DNA from: a virus
IMG/VR virus record: IMGVR_UViG_3300037808_000364
Location: 32,001-96,000 of that record
Length of the DNA stretch: 64,000 nt
Strand: one strand, 5' to 3'
Shown: piece by piece, positions 48,789 through 58,196 of the stretch
How positions within the stretch are numbered: the stretch's first letter is position 1
Layout of the letters: each line of letters begins with the position of its first letter
The notes under the pieces: model-generated
Databases searched by the model: none
What the model saw: the letters and a program-made list of their open reading frames with translations, nothing else
What the model was told of the DNA's origin: nothing
Position numbers and translations under genes: made by a program

Positions 48789-50816
48789 CTAAGACTTTAG
48801 GCAGTAACCAATATACAGCCCAACAATAGAGCTATCATATTCCTGCATAGAGTTATTTTCCAGTGAAATACCAGCATTTTCTACCTGTGTAAGAAGAACC
48901 TGTGGTGCTGGAGCGTTAGCAGCTAAGACCTTTTGTATTACTTGGTTGTTCACCTTGGTCATTATGGGGATATTCGAGAGTACACGTAGTTTGATATCCG
49001 CAATCTCTTGCACTTGTGCCTTAGTTAACTGTCTCTTATTTTTCTTTCCTACGTAGGCCAAATACCCATTAGCAATATCGTCTAATGAATGGTAGGTGTT
49101 GAAAGCCCATGCTGACAACTCTGCAACCCCCGGCTTGCTTTTTGGCGTGTCTACACGTTTCTTACGTTTGTTAGTATCCATCTTATTCTGTGGCCTACCA
49201 CCCTGAGGTGCCGCTGGTTTAGGTTTATTCTTTTCTTTCTCCACGGCAACTTTCTCAGTAATCTCACCCTGACGGTCAATCTTCTCCATATCTTTTTCGT
49301 GAAGATCGTCAGATTCAGGCTGATGGAATGGGCCAGCTTTTGGTGGCATTTTGTCCTTATCTCTAGCTTTGTCTTCACGTTGTAGACGTACCTTTTCAAC
49401 TCCGGGTACTTCTTTGAATCTCTCAAGAACCGTTTCATTGGAGATAATATCTCGGTCTGCTAGTTGAATAAGAAGGTTTTTCTCCGCCGCTTCGTCAGAT
49501 AAACTCATCTGGTCATATACAATAGTAGCTGGCTTACGGAAACCCATAGCCTTACGGACGTATTCTACTTCCTTCTCCCAAAACCCTGTTAAATGATCTC
49601 TACCATACTGTAGACGTTCTGTCAGAGTTTTTAGAGATATGAAGTTATTAGTGAATCCGCCACCATTGCCAGCTAGACCAGTTAATGTTGGGGGAACACC
49701 TAGACCAGCAAATATACTATTCAAAACCGCTTGGTACTTCTCAGACCCTAGGAATTTGTATACTTGAGAGTTACTTTCCGTGAAAGAAAGTTCTGGACCC
49801 CAAACTAGCTCCATAGTCCCTCCTCCAGTGTTTGAGGCAAGGATATTTCTGAGCTTGTTAATACCAGCTTTTGTTGGTAAAACCTTATGTTCAAAGTTTC
49901 CAAGCGTCCAAACCCTAATATTGGAGATTGCACCATCCAAAGCAGCAAGGTCGGCCAGCTTCATTTTCTCAAGCATGACGATGTCATCGAGAATAGCGTA
50001 GACCATTGGATGTGCCCAGTCTTGCCAGTCATCCTTTTTGTAGTAGCCGACACACAGCTTCTCAGGGTCTAGCTCAATCTTTTGCTGATTCTCGTTAATA
50101 GCTCTTTTTACTTCTGGAGGTAGAGATTCCAGAACATTCATTGGTAAAGAGTTATTCTTCTTGAAATTATCAAGGAAAGCATCGGCGGAGAGTTGGTAGT
50201 TTCTTTTTCCTAGAAAGAGGTTGATATTACCGTCTTTCATATCCAAAGCGAGTGGATTGAGGAAATTATAACGCCAAGGCAGGCTATTCTTCTGAACCTT
50301 GGGTGTCTCGACAGCGATGTCGGCGGCTAGCGTTTTAAGGTATTTCTGTACCTTTGGGGTGATGTCTGCGTAGGACTTGTAGACAAACACATTACCAGTT
50401 CGGTATAGATTGTTGAGGTAGCGTTCTGAACGCTCTTTACCATCAATCCTCTTAAACCACTGTTGATAGAACTTCTCTACGCTTTTGTTTTCGTGTACAA
50501 GACTTATGCCCTGACAACCGAAATCCCCCATCAAATCAATAACGTTACGGACTATACCCACCTTATCGTAGGCATCCATACACATCTTGATAATGCGTTT
50601 CTGCTTTCTGGGAATCTGCTCCTCTGGCCTGAAGGAGTAATAATCACTACTGGTAAAACTGGGTTTAACGGAGCGGTTTGGCTCTACGTCAAGAAAATCC
50701 CTATGATAAGCTCTGGAAACACCATCGTAGGCTTCGTGTACGCCCGCAAATTCTTCGAATGCTTTAGCTTTGCCGGTAGCGTCACCGTCACTCCACGTTG
50801 ATACATAGTTAGCCAT
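48789..50816 (-). CDS. Portal protein (675 aa)
   Basis: Directly after TerL; GIVRNVIDLMGDF, LYRTGNVF, GLGVPPTL, ISNETVLE and GGRP motifs. Confidence 0.85.
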   Translation of the reverse strand: MANYVSTWSDGDATGKAKAFEEFAGVHEAYDGVSRAYHRDFLDVEPNRSVKPSFTSSDYYSFRPEEQIPRKQKRIIKMCMDAYDKVGIVRNVIDLMGDFGCQGISLVHENKSVEKFYQQWFKRIDGKERSERYLNNLYRTGNVFVYKSYADITPKVQKYLKTLAADIAVETPKVQKNSLPWRYNFLNPLALDMKDGNINLFLGKRNYQLSADAFLDNFKKNNSLPMNVLESLPPEVKRAINENQQKIELDPEKLCVGYYKKDDWQDWAHPMVYAILDDIVMLEKMKLADLAALDGAISNIRVWTLGNFEHKVLPTKAGINKLRNILASNTGGGTMELVWGPELSFTESNSQVYKFLGSEKYQAVLNSIFAGLGVPPTLTGLAGNGGGFTNNFISLKTLTERLQYGRDHLTGFWEKEVEYVRKAMGFRKPATIVYDQMSLSDEAAEKNLLIQLADRDIISNETVLERFKEVPGVEKVRLQREDKARDKDKMPPKAGPFHQPESDDLHEKDMEKIDRQGEITEKVAVEKEKNKPKPAAPQGGRPQNKMDTNKRKKRVDTPKSKPGVAELSAWAFNTYHSLDDIANGYLAYVGKKNKRQLTKAQVQEIADIKLRVLSNIPIMTKVNNQVIQKVLAANAPAPQVLLTQVENAGISLENNSMQEYDSSIVGLYIGYCLKS

Positions 50817-50861
50817 CTATCATCCCCTGTTGTAGTCAGACTGTAATTGAATTACTATCTA

Positions 50862-50874
50862 ACTATACACAAAA
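50862..50874 (-). promoter_or_regulatory. Putative late promoter TTTTGTGTATAGT
   Basis: Motif variant upstream of portal. Confidence 0.65.
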
Positions 50875-50876
50875 GA

Positions 50877-52877
50877 TTAATAAATGTCCGACATATTATC
50901 AGTAAACCATGAAGGTCCGGTAAATAACTTACCCTTAGCGTTCTTATCTTGGTCTACAGTGGCAAAACCGCCGTAGAACTCATAAGCCTCTTGGTCTGGG
51001 GTTCGGGCTATAATACGAGCGGCCATGTTAGCCATTATGAGTGAAGAATAACGGTCTTTCCTCAGCTTACCCTTCTTGCCAGTATCTATGACCGTCTCAG
51101 GAGTATCCCACTTACCACGCCCAGATGGGGTCTCTGTCATCTTAATCATAGTCAACTCATCTTTGAGATCCTCAATTTCGAGAACACACTGCTCTAGGGT
51201 GTCGTAGTGACGCTCCTTCATATTGTCCTCTATACTGGAGAGGCCGAGGCTTACGGCGTCAAACATTGGGAATAATATAATTTTGTCTTCCATGTCTTTT
51301 CGGAGACCGTGATTAGCTTCTGACAACCAATCATAGTTAGCAAACTGGCACATCTCTAGAATGTGTAGTCCTCTCTCACCGTCAGTATCCTTCTCTTTGT
51401 CTTCATCTATAACTTCCCAGATAGGAATCTCTCCAGATTTGACCTTATCCTTATCATGTAGGGCTTCCATTACGGCTATACCCCCACCCTGTGCATCTAG
51501 GGCTATATGAACACATGGGAAGATTGTCATTAGATCTCTTATTCTTCTGGCACAGTAGGAGTAGAAATCAGTTTCGCTGGAGTATCCGCTCTTAAGACGC
51601 TCCCTATGTTGCTCCCTATTAGTGGTCCAACAGTGAACAATCCTACGTTGACTACCGTTTATCTCAATAACCACAATGCTAAAGTTGTCAACCTCAGAAG
51701 CGGGGTCTACCCCATACACATACCTACACATAGGGTCTCCCATCAACTTAGCCTGAAAACAGATGGGTTCCTGTTTTTGGTCAAGAATAGGGGGTCTATC
51801 ATGATAGTCGTCTGTAACCACACATGACTCGATCAGGGTACGCTTGAAGAAGCCCTGAGAATCGCGTGTAAAGCACGCTCCGAACTCCATCTGATATATT
51901 CCAGCGTGGACCGTAGCCTTCGACCTAGCGACCTGTGAGGCGTCCATGAAGCCCTCTGGGAGTAGCTCATAGGGCACCCTCATAATAGAATAATCTTCCC
52001 ACTCAAAGTCTTTAGGAGGATCTTCCCCTCCAAAGACATCGCGTAGCTTGTCCTTTCGACCCTTACTCTTTATGATAGTCTTCCACTTCTTCCAGTATTC
52101 AGCAAAATGGTTAAAGTCATAATAGGCCGTACCAGAGAGGATAATCTGGTTATTTTTGTTTCCCAGTGCATTCTCTTCTTCATCCCCCACATCCATGCCT
52201 AACTCTATAGCCCTCTTCCTCATAGCAATTCTACGAACATTTTCCACGGGATTAGCAACAACCGCAGCAAACCCTGCCACAACCGTTTCAAAAATTTCTC
52301 TGGGTATGGAAGCAAATTCATCAGAAACGATATCGTTAGCACGCTGACCACGAATTTTAGTACCATCACCAAGTGGTAAACAAGTAATACGAGATTGGTT
52401 GATACGCATAACACAACGGTCTACATCACGTCTCGGCCCACTATTGGAATCGCACATACTTCTCAGTACGGGGGCGTTACTCCAGATAGTTTCCATATAC
52501 TCAAACAAAACCTTAGACTGTCGGAAGGCAGCACCCACAACGACAACCTTACGGCTTGGCATCAATAATGCCCTCATCATAACATAAAGAGATAGTATGA
52601 AAGATTTACCAAATCCACGACTAGCGATCAACATTGGAAATCGCCTATTCCACATCTCACACAAAAACAACGCTTGAGAGGGGAGAATATCAATATTGAA
52701 AATATGCTTACATATGAATGAAAAATACTCTGGTCTAGACATTAACCAGATTAGCTTGTAATTACAATCATCATCTCTAAAATTTATGAGATCCATTGGG
52801 TTGAAGAGATTCTCTGTGGAGATATCATCTAAGTTCAACCAAGCATCGTTTATGTTTTTTAACTTTACATTACTCAT
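50877..52877 (-). CDS. terL: Terminase large subunit (666 aa)
   Basis: Walker A ASRGFGKS, RGQRA, Walker B IVSDEF, coupling motif SGT, RNase H-like YGVDPA, IALD and KDRYSS. Confidence 0.95.
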   Translation of the reverse strand: MSNVKLKNINDAWLNLDDISTENLFNPMDLINFRDDDCNYKLIWLMSRPEYFSFICKHIFNIDILPSQALFLCEMWNRRFPMLIASRGFGKSFILSLYVMMRALLMPSRKVVVVGAAFRQSKVLFEYMETIWSNAPVLRSMCDSNSGPRRDVDRCVMRINQSRITCLPLGDGTKIRGQRANDIVSDEFASIPREIFETVVAGFAAVVANPVENVRRIAMRKRAIELGMDVGDEEENALGNKNNQIILSGTAYYDFNHFAEYWKKWKTIIKSKGRKDKLRDVFGGEDPPKDFEWEDYSIMRVPYELLPEGFMDASQVARSKATVHAGIYQMEFGACFTRDSQGFFKRTLIESCVVTDDYHDRPPILDQKQEPICFQAKLMGDPMCRYVYGVDPASEVDNFSIVVIEINGSQRRIVHCWTTNREQHRERLKSGYSSETDFYSYCARRIRDLMTIFPCVHIALDAQGGGIAVMEALHDKDKVKSGEIPIWEVIDEDKEKDTDGERGLHILEMCQFANYDWLSEANHGLRKDMEDKIILFPMFDAVSLGLSSIEDNMKERHYDTLEQCVLEIEDLKDELTMIKMTETPSGRGKWDTPETVIDTGKKGKLRKDRYSSLIMANMAARIIARTPDQEAYEFYGGFATVDQDKNAKGKLFTGPSWFTDNMSDIY

Positions 52878-52884
52878 CTGTAAC

Positions 52885-53541
52885 CTACTGTTTGAGACTG
52901 TCTATCGTTGGATATAGGTCGGAATTTATTACATGGTCTGCGAATCCGTGATACACCGTCTCTTCTGAGTTGAGGTACCAATCGCCGTCTTTGAATTTCC
53001 TTTTGAGTAAGTTTTTAACCTTCTCATGTGTTGGCTCTGTGTATTTTGCTTTGATATATGGACTTTCCAACATATGGTCTGCGTAGATGTCCATCATGTA
53101 CTCCGCCTCTCTTTTTTCAAAGCTAGCTGCCTTTTGTACGTTTTGATAAGTACCGTCATAACCGCTACTGCCATAGTGGCACATAAAGTAGGAGTTGGGC
53201 ATCATAACACGCCTATCTGCTGCCTGTAAAATAATACTACTCATGGACTCTGCTTGCCCATAAACGAGAATAGTAACAAATGACTGACATATAGATATAG
53301 CATCAAAGATAGCCATACCATCAGCCCATTCACCACCAATACTGTGCATATGTATGAGAATGGGTTTTTTGTTCTGACTATCTAACAGACGGATATTCTT
53401 ATAGAAGGTACTTGCCATTCTATAGTCTACCCCCGGATCTTCATCCGTGTTTCCGACGTAGCTGTGTAGATATATCTCCCTATTACGAAAATCAATACCG
53501 TATGAATTGATGTCAGATATTGGATCTACATTTAGACTCAC
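52885..53541 (-). CDS. clpP: ClpP-like serine protease (218 aa)
   Basis: REIYL, HSIGG, GMAIFDAI, GQAESM (Ser), MCH (His), DWYL (Asp), GFADHV. Confidence 0.88.
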   Translation of the reverse strand: MSLNVDPISDINSYGIDFRNREIYLHSYVGNTDEDPGVDYRMASTFYKNIRLLDSQNKKPILIHMHSIGGEWADGMAIFDAISICQSFVTILVYGQAESMSSIILQAADRRVMMPNSYFMCHYGSSGYDGTYQNVQKAASFEKREAEYMMDIYADHMLESPYIKAKYTEPTHEKVKNLLKRKFKDGDWYLNSEETVYHGFADHVINSDLYPTIDSLKQ

Positions 53542-54047
53542 TTTTTTCTCCCTACTGAATAGTATTCGTTCACACGCTTTAGGATACTATTGATGGTGAG
53601 CTTCGCGTTTTTACGGTTTCCACAAAAGATAACGTGGATATTATCGTACATCTGAAACTCTATTAACATCTTGAGCATGTATTTGTTCGTGATAACAATT
53701 GAATCCCACTTTTTCTTGGGAATATCAGAGCTTTCTGGAAAGTCCATAACGTCTTCCAAGGTAAACTCCAGAATGATAAATCTAAAAGGAAACTCCTTTA
53801 TCCTTTTGATCTCATCCATGAACCTATGCTTATCTTTCCCTAAGTTAATAGCCAACTCAGAGATACTACCCTTACGCTCTATACATAATTTGTCCTCAAG
53901 CCCTACTAGGGAATAGTCACCAGTGTCTAGTTTACGAACAACCATACCCTCACATGAGGTATAGCGTCCATTGAATTTCTCGAAGGTATAACCCTCTTGT
54001 TCCCGCGTGTCCTTAATGACCGTATATGGGGGTGCTTTACTTGGCAT
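53538..54047 (-). CDS. ERCC4-family nuclease (169 aa)
   Basis: DTREQ...GDYS...IERK signature. Confidence 0.9.
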   Translation of the reverse strand: MPSKAPPYTVIKDTREQEGYTFEKFNGRYTSCEGMVVRKLDTGDYSLVGLEDKLCIERKGSISELAINLGKDKHRFMDEIKRIKEFPFRFIILEFTLEDVMDFPESSDIPKKKWDSIVITNKYMLKMLIEFQMYDNIHVIFCGNRKNAKLTINSILKRVNEYYSVGRKK

Positions 54048-54315
54048 TTTTCCTTACTATCTCCATGAATAATGGTTCGTACATGTGTTCACAGTCCTTG
54101 ATCTCCGCATGACAATCCCAACATAGGGTAATCCCATTGTAGGTGTCATATCTCAACGCTGAGGCGGTAGACCACTTCTTTATATGGTGAGCTTGAATAC
54201 TTCTCTTACGACCACACTTTTTCTTACCTTTGGGCATTTGACATCTGAATTTGTCCCGTTTATAGACTCGCATACGCCACTCTTTGTATACAGGGTCTTC
54301 ATAATTCCTTTTCAC
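54037..54315 (-). CDS. HNH endonuclease (92 aa), possibly packaging-associated
   Basis: RD..RCQ...CG...AHHI...NGITLC..CH. Confidence 0.9.
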   Translation of the reverse strand: MKRNYEDPVYKEWRMRVYKRDKFRCQMPKGKKKCGRKRSIQAHHIKKWSTASALRYDTYNGITLCWDCHAEIKDCEHMYEPLFMEIVRKNAK

Positions 54316-54562
54316 CTTTGCAAAATACCTTTGTAATCTTGATGTCGTGTTGAACTCTTTTGAGCAACTGTGCCGTTTCTAACGATTCTTCTTGTCTTAA
54401 TAACATCTCAGAGAACTTACAAAACATGAAATAGCAAGCATCGTCCGGATTGTCAGCCTCTATGAAGATAATAGGATATAGACAGTTAAACTCCCTAAGA
54501 CGAAACCGCTTGAGTTGCCCTAAAGCGGTTGTCATATCTAGTTTGACGGTGTAGATCTTCAT
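54299..54562 (-). CDS. Hypothetical protein (87 aa)
   Basis: ATGA-coupled to gmd. Confidence 0.65.
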   Translation of the reverse strand: MKIYTVKLDMTTALGQLKRFRLREFNCLYPIIFIEADNPDDACYFMFCKFSEMLLRQEESLETAQLLKRVQHDIKITKVFCKGEKEL

Positions 54563-55713
54563 TTTAGATCACTATTCACCATCATTATTATAAGGTCTTC
54601 GAAGGAATGTTTAGGGGTCCAACCAAGTTCTTTCTTAGCCTTGTCGTTTTTACCCTTTAGGTAATCCACTTCTGCTGGCCTGTAAAACTCAGGGTCTTGT
54701 ACAACTAGGTTACTCCAGTCATCAATTCCCACGGATGAAAAGGCCACGTCTAGGAACTCGCGAATCGTATGAGTCTCGCCGGTGCAGACAACATAGTCCT
54801 GTGGACTGTCCTTTTGCAGCATCATCCACATCGCTTCCACGTAATCTCCTGCGTACCCCCAATCTCGAAATGCTTCCAAGTTACCTAGACGCAGCTTAGG
54901 AAAACGGCTATTGTTCGGACCATAAATGTAGTCCGATTCGGGTAACCCCTGAACCATAGGATCGTCTTCTGGATTTACTTCGTTTTTCCATTTTGCATAT
55001 TCTCCTATCCACTTGGTGATCTTACGAGTGACAAAGTCCTCACCCCTACGTGGTCCCTCATGATTGAATAATATACCCGCACTGGCGTGCATACCATAAG
55101 CCTCCCTAAATAGCCTAGTCATGTGGTGTGCCGCACACTTGGCGATGGCATAGGGGCTTTGCGGCATGAATTTGGTATCTTCATCTTGATATTTTACCTC
55201 TATTGGAGGAGGAGGGTTTCTACGTGCCTCATGTTCTTCTGGAGACATTGCGTCGTACATTATGCCTGAGGTAATTGGTGGAAGGTAATCCTCACCCTCA
55301 TATGTAATATCATAGCTTTTACCATACATCTCACTCGAACTAGCCTGATAGAACCTAGCCTGAATCCTAACGTCTACCATCGACTGTAGAATATTAAGAC
55401 AACCCTTACCGGTGATATCCCAAGTCAAAGCTGGCTGTTTAAACGAGATAGCTACGTGACTCTGAGCGGCTAAATTGTAGATTTCATCTACATCTTCGTA
55501 TTTCTTAAGTATAGATAAAACACTATGAGTGTCCGTGATGTCGCCCTGAACCAACTCGAACCTTGGATTCGTAAGGATATGTTTGATTCTTTGTGTATTG
55601 TCCGTACTGGCTCGCCGTGCTACCCCAACTACAGTATAACCCTTAAGTAATAGTAAATCAGAGAGGTGACTCCCATCCTGACCCGTAACGCCGAAAATGA
55701 TTGCGGTTTTCAT
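54559..55713 (-). CDS. gmd: GDP-mannose 4,6-dehydratase (~384 aa)
   Basis: GVTGQDGS, YNLAAQSHV, FYQASSSE, SPYAIAK (YxxxK), GILFNHE, FVTRKIT, LGNL...RDWG, RPAEVD. Likely start ATG 55713 (TGATG overlap), not 55773. Confidence 0.95.
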   Translation of the reverse strand: MKTAIIFGVTGQDGSHLSDLLLLKGYTVVGVARRASTDNTQRIKHILTNPRFELVQGDITDTHSVLSILKKYEDVDEIYNLAAQSHVAISFKQPALTWDITGKGCLNILQSMVDVRIQARFYQASSSEMYGKSYDITYEGEDYLPPITSGIMYDAMSPEEHEARRNPPPPIEVKYQDEDTKFMPQSPYAIAKCAAHHMTRLFREAYGMHASAGILFNHEGPRRGEDFVTRKITKWIGEYAKWKNEVNPEDDPMVQGLPESDYIYGPNNSRFPKLRLGNLEAFRDWGYAGDYVEAMWMMLQKDSPQDYVVCTGETHTIREFLDVAFSSVGIDDWSNLVVQDPEFYRPAEVDYLKGKNDKAKKELGWTPKHSFEDLIIMMVNSDLK

Positions 55714-55970
55714 CAGCAACTCCCCCTTTCGCCCAAACCTGCTCCGCCTACGGCAAAGGTTATTTCTTTCCATCTGTTGGGTGGGGAGAATATATCAGTA
55801 GGTAGTTCTTCGTCGCCGCCCTCCTCGGTAGAACGATCAGGTGTTTCCTTGTCAAACACGAGATTCAGGTGATCTTTGATGATTTTTAATTGCCTATGGC
55901 TTAGGGTCACATCCTCATTAGATAGCTCAAAAAACCCCTGTAACCAATAAGTGAAGTCCTTAGGTGTCAT
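55713..55970 (-). CDS. Hypothetical protein (85 aa)
   Basis: MTP.DF.YWLQGFFE motif typical of small phage proteins; coupled to gmd. Confidence 0.7.
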   Translation of the reverse strand: MTPKDFTYWLQGFFELSNEDVTLSHRQLKIIKDHLNLVFDKETPDRSTEEGGDEELPTDIFSPPNRWKEITFAVGGAGLGERGSC

Positions 55971-55975
55971 ATGTA

Positions 55976-56785
55976 TTAGTCCTTTACAGTTTCCGGTGTT
56001 AAGAATGGTTGATCTACCATTTCATCAGTGTATTTGTGAAATTCAGAAAGGCGGTCTTTCTCTTTCTCCATAGCTAGACGCATTTTCTCCATCTCTATTC
56101 CGTAACCCTTAGCTATATCAGGGTTCGAAACCAAGTGTGCTAACCAGCTAGTCCAGTTTTGCTTGCTGTCTTCAAGACGTTTGACCCTCTGTTCACGAGT
56201 AGCCTTCATATCTTTCATCATTGAGTTCTTCTTAGCCTGAAGCTCGCGGTAGTCCTTATTCAGAGATTCTTGAGAGGCCCGTAGAGACGCTATCTGTCTC
56301 TCCATGTTAAATAGCTCATCTCTGTCTATCTGATCGGCATCACGCGACCTCTCGACCCTCACAAGCTCCTCTAGGACACTGATCTGCTCCAAGTTCTCCT
56401 TGTTGCCCTTGAGTGCCCTGTTCATCAGGATATCCATCTTGATAAGGTCAATAACCTGCAACTCTTCAGTGGGCAGTACCTCGTCTTTGAATTGAGAGAT
56501 AATACGTACCCAGTGGAATTTGAACATTTTCAGTTCATCGTCTGTAAACTGTTGCTGAATCTCAGACCAGTAGGGTCTTGAAAGTAGATTATAGTGTGCA
56601 GTCTCTTCGTCGTCTGATTTTAACCACGAGGGAGCATTGAAATCTCCACTCGCCACCTTCCGCTTGATAAACTCAATAACGCTGGATGGGTCGCGATCTA
56701 GCTGCTCACCAATCAACTCGGGAGCGTCGTGTAGATGAGATTTAATGTAATTCTCTTCTTTTTTGGATATTCTACCCTTCTTCAT
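55976..56785 (-). CDS. Coiled-coil protein with N-terminal HTH-like segment, possible terminase small subunit (269 aa)
   Basis: KKGRISK.E..YI...IGEQLDR N-terminus; long helices; located in the operon upstream of TerL. Function is inferred. Confidence 0.45.
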   Translation of the reverse strand: MKKGRISKKEENYIKSHLHDAPELIGEQLDRDPSSVIEFIKRKVASGDFNAPSWLKSDDEETAHYNLLSRPYWSEIQQQFTDDELKMFKFHWVRIISQFKDEVLPTEELQVIDLIKMDILMNRALKGNKENLEQISVLEELVRVERSRDADQIDRDELFNMERQIASLRASQESLNKDYRELQAKKNSMMKDMKATREQRVKRLEDSKQNWTSWLAHLVSNPDIAKGYGIEMEKMRLAMEKEKDRLSEFHKYTDEMVDQPFLTPETVKD

Positions 56786-57287
56786 AATAACCGTGTTCCT
56801 CTAGGAGTTGTTTTACTATTTCAACAACTTCCTCACGCCTCTGTTTACTGATGTAGACATCATTAATGAGTTTAAGGTAATCCATCCTTACGTTGGCTGG
56901 CATATACTGATCAACAATACCAGTCATGGAGTCCATATCCAGTTGTTCATAAGAATTGGAGAATTTACCCTCTTCGTCAATAATACTGTTTTCATAGTCG
57001 AGTTGTGCTGGTTGAACTAGTTTTTTTCTAGCCTCACTTGTAGCACCCGTAAAATAGTTGTCCCTTACAAAGGTCTTAAGGCGATTCGATAGATTCACAC
57101 TTAGGAAGTTCTCAAGGGGTTTGCTGGGGTCATACCTATTTAGGGCTTCGATACAGATAATAAACGCTTCTTGTTTAATATCATCAGTTGTATACCCGTA
57201 GAAAGTATACTTGGGAGCTATCCTGTCTACCACGGTATTGATCTGATCAACTACCTCGGTCTCTGTCATTCCTTCCGGTACGTTCAT
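56772..57287 (-). CDS. Sigma70 region-2-like phage transcription factor (171 aa)
   Basis: DDIKQEAFI...EAL.RYDPSKP.ENF....L.NRL matches sigma region 2.2-2.4. Confidence 0.7.
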   Translation of the reverse strand: MNVPEGMTETEVVDQINTVVDRIAPKYTFYGYTTDDIKQEAFIICIEALNRYDPSKPLENFLSVNLSNRLKTFVRDNYFTGATSEARKKLVQPAQLDYENSIIDEEGKFSNSYEQLDMDSMTGIVDQYMPANVRMDYLKLINDVYISKQRREEVVEIVKQLLEEHGYYEEG

Positions 57288-57290
57288 GTC

Positions 57291-57944
57291 CTAATCCTCT
57301 GTTTTTACTGTTTGCCAAGACGTTCCGTTGAATAATTCCAACTTTTTGGAAACTTTGTTAAAAATAAGCGTACCCTGTCTTGGTCTTTTGGGTCGCCTAG
57401 TGAGCGGGGAGAGTTCCACACGTTCGTAGTGCGGTGATCGCTCGGCATCGTGGCGGCTTAACTGCTCAAGCAGTTCTGAAGCGGACAGTTCATCTACGTG
57501 ACCGTCTTTATAGCCGATGTAAGAGTCTTCTTCGAGGCAAATCAGAGCATCCGATGTCAGGACGCTACACGTATAACTTGGGAGAAGAGATAAATCACTT
57601 GGTTGGTAAGCAAATATAAGTACCTTTTGGTCATGACCGTACTTATAATTCTGACCCTCTATAAGTTGCTTGGTTTGTAGGGTCAGGATACCGTCTAGGG
57701 TCTCAAACTGACCAATATAATGGGAAGTATTAGCAATATTTCCTATAGAGTAGACACTTACACCAAAGAAGAAGGGTTCGCCCTCTCCTACAGATTTGGT
57801 AAGACATGGCAGGTTCGCACTTTCTATGGAAATTTTAAGATGATCATTTATTTCACAGTCTTCAGCACAACAATCCCCTATGGTAAAATAATCTGAGTTC
57901 CAAGTGCCAAAGCAAAACGAATCATGCGGTATCTTGATTTTCAT
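57291..57944 (-). CDS. Hypothetical protein (217 aa)
   Basis: C-terminal GTLIFN....LELFNGTSW motif seen in fibre-type proteins. Confidence 0.65.
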   Translation of the reverse strand: MKIKIPHDSFCFGTWNSDYFTIGDCCAEDCEINDHLKISIESANLPCLTKSVGEGEPFFFGVSVYSIGNIANTSHYIGQFETLDGILTLQTKQLIEGQNYKYGHDQKVLIFAYQPSDLSLLPSYTCSVLTSDALICLEEDSYIGYKDGHVDELSASELLEQLSRHDAERSPHYERVELSPLTRRPKRPRQGTLIFNKVSKKLELFNGTSWQTVKTED

Positions 57945-58089
57945 CCGGTTCCTTTTCCTTGGGTTTTAACAAGACCCCTAGGGCCTTATCGTCTTGTTCT
58001 AGTTCTTTGGAGATTTCCAGCTTCAATTCTGCGGTAGCCTTGCAACAAAGTTCTACCTCACAATCTTGTGGTTCTTTTTTACTGTTCAT
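57922..58089 (-). CDS. Small acidic protein (55 aa, MNSKKEPQDCEVELCCKATAEL...), below track cutoff
   Basis: ATG 58089 to TGA 57922; first ORF after the TTTGAGTATAAT motif at 58128-58139. Confidence 0.55.
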   Translation of the reverse strand: MNSKKEPQDCEVELCCKATAELKLEISKELEQDDKALGVLLKPKEKEPDENQDTA

Positions 58090-58163
58090 TCTTGCCCCAT
58101 GCGTTAAAGTTGTCTGTTCTCTACTCTATTATACTCAAATTAGACAACTTTGACAAAAAGGTT

Positions 58164-58192
58164 TTGTTAAAACCGTCAATTTTGACTAGAAT
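58164..58192 (+). promoter_or_regulatory. Sigma70-like promoter TTGTTA-N17-TAGAAT
   Basis: Correct spacing; located at the strand switch. Confidence 0.5.
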
Positions 58193-58196
58193 AGAG

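Noticed and set aside
50877-52877. Intein or intron in terminase
   Set aside because: Motifs are contiguous; no intein splice-junction or LAGLIDADG signatures.
55714-55773. 20-aa N-terminal extension of Gmd as given in the track
   Set aside because: It overlaps the upstream gene; the Rossmann motif starts right after ATG 55713, which is TGATG-coupled.
277-57619. Many 60-215 aa ORFs on the + strand or alternate frames (e.g. 34233..34880, 45763..46362, 47293..47739)
   Set aside because: They are antisense or frame shadows of long, motif-supported minus-strand genes and have no recognisable motifs.
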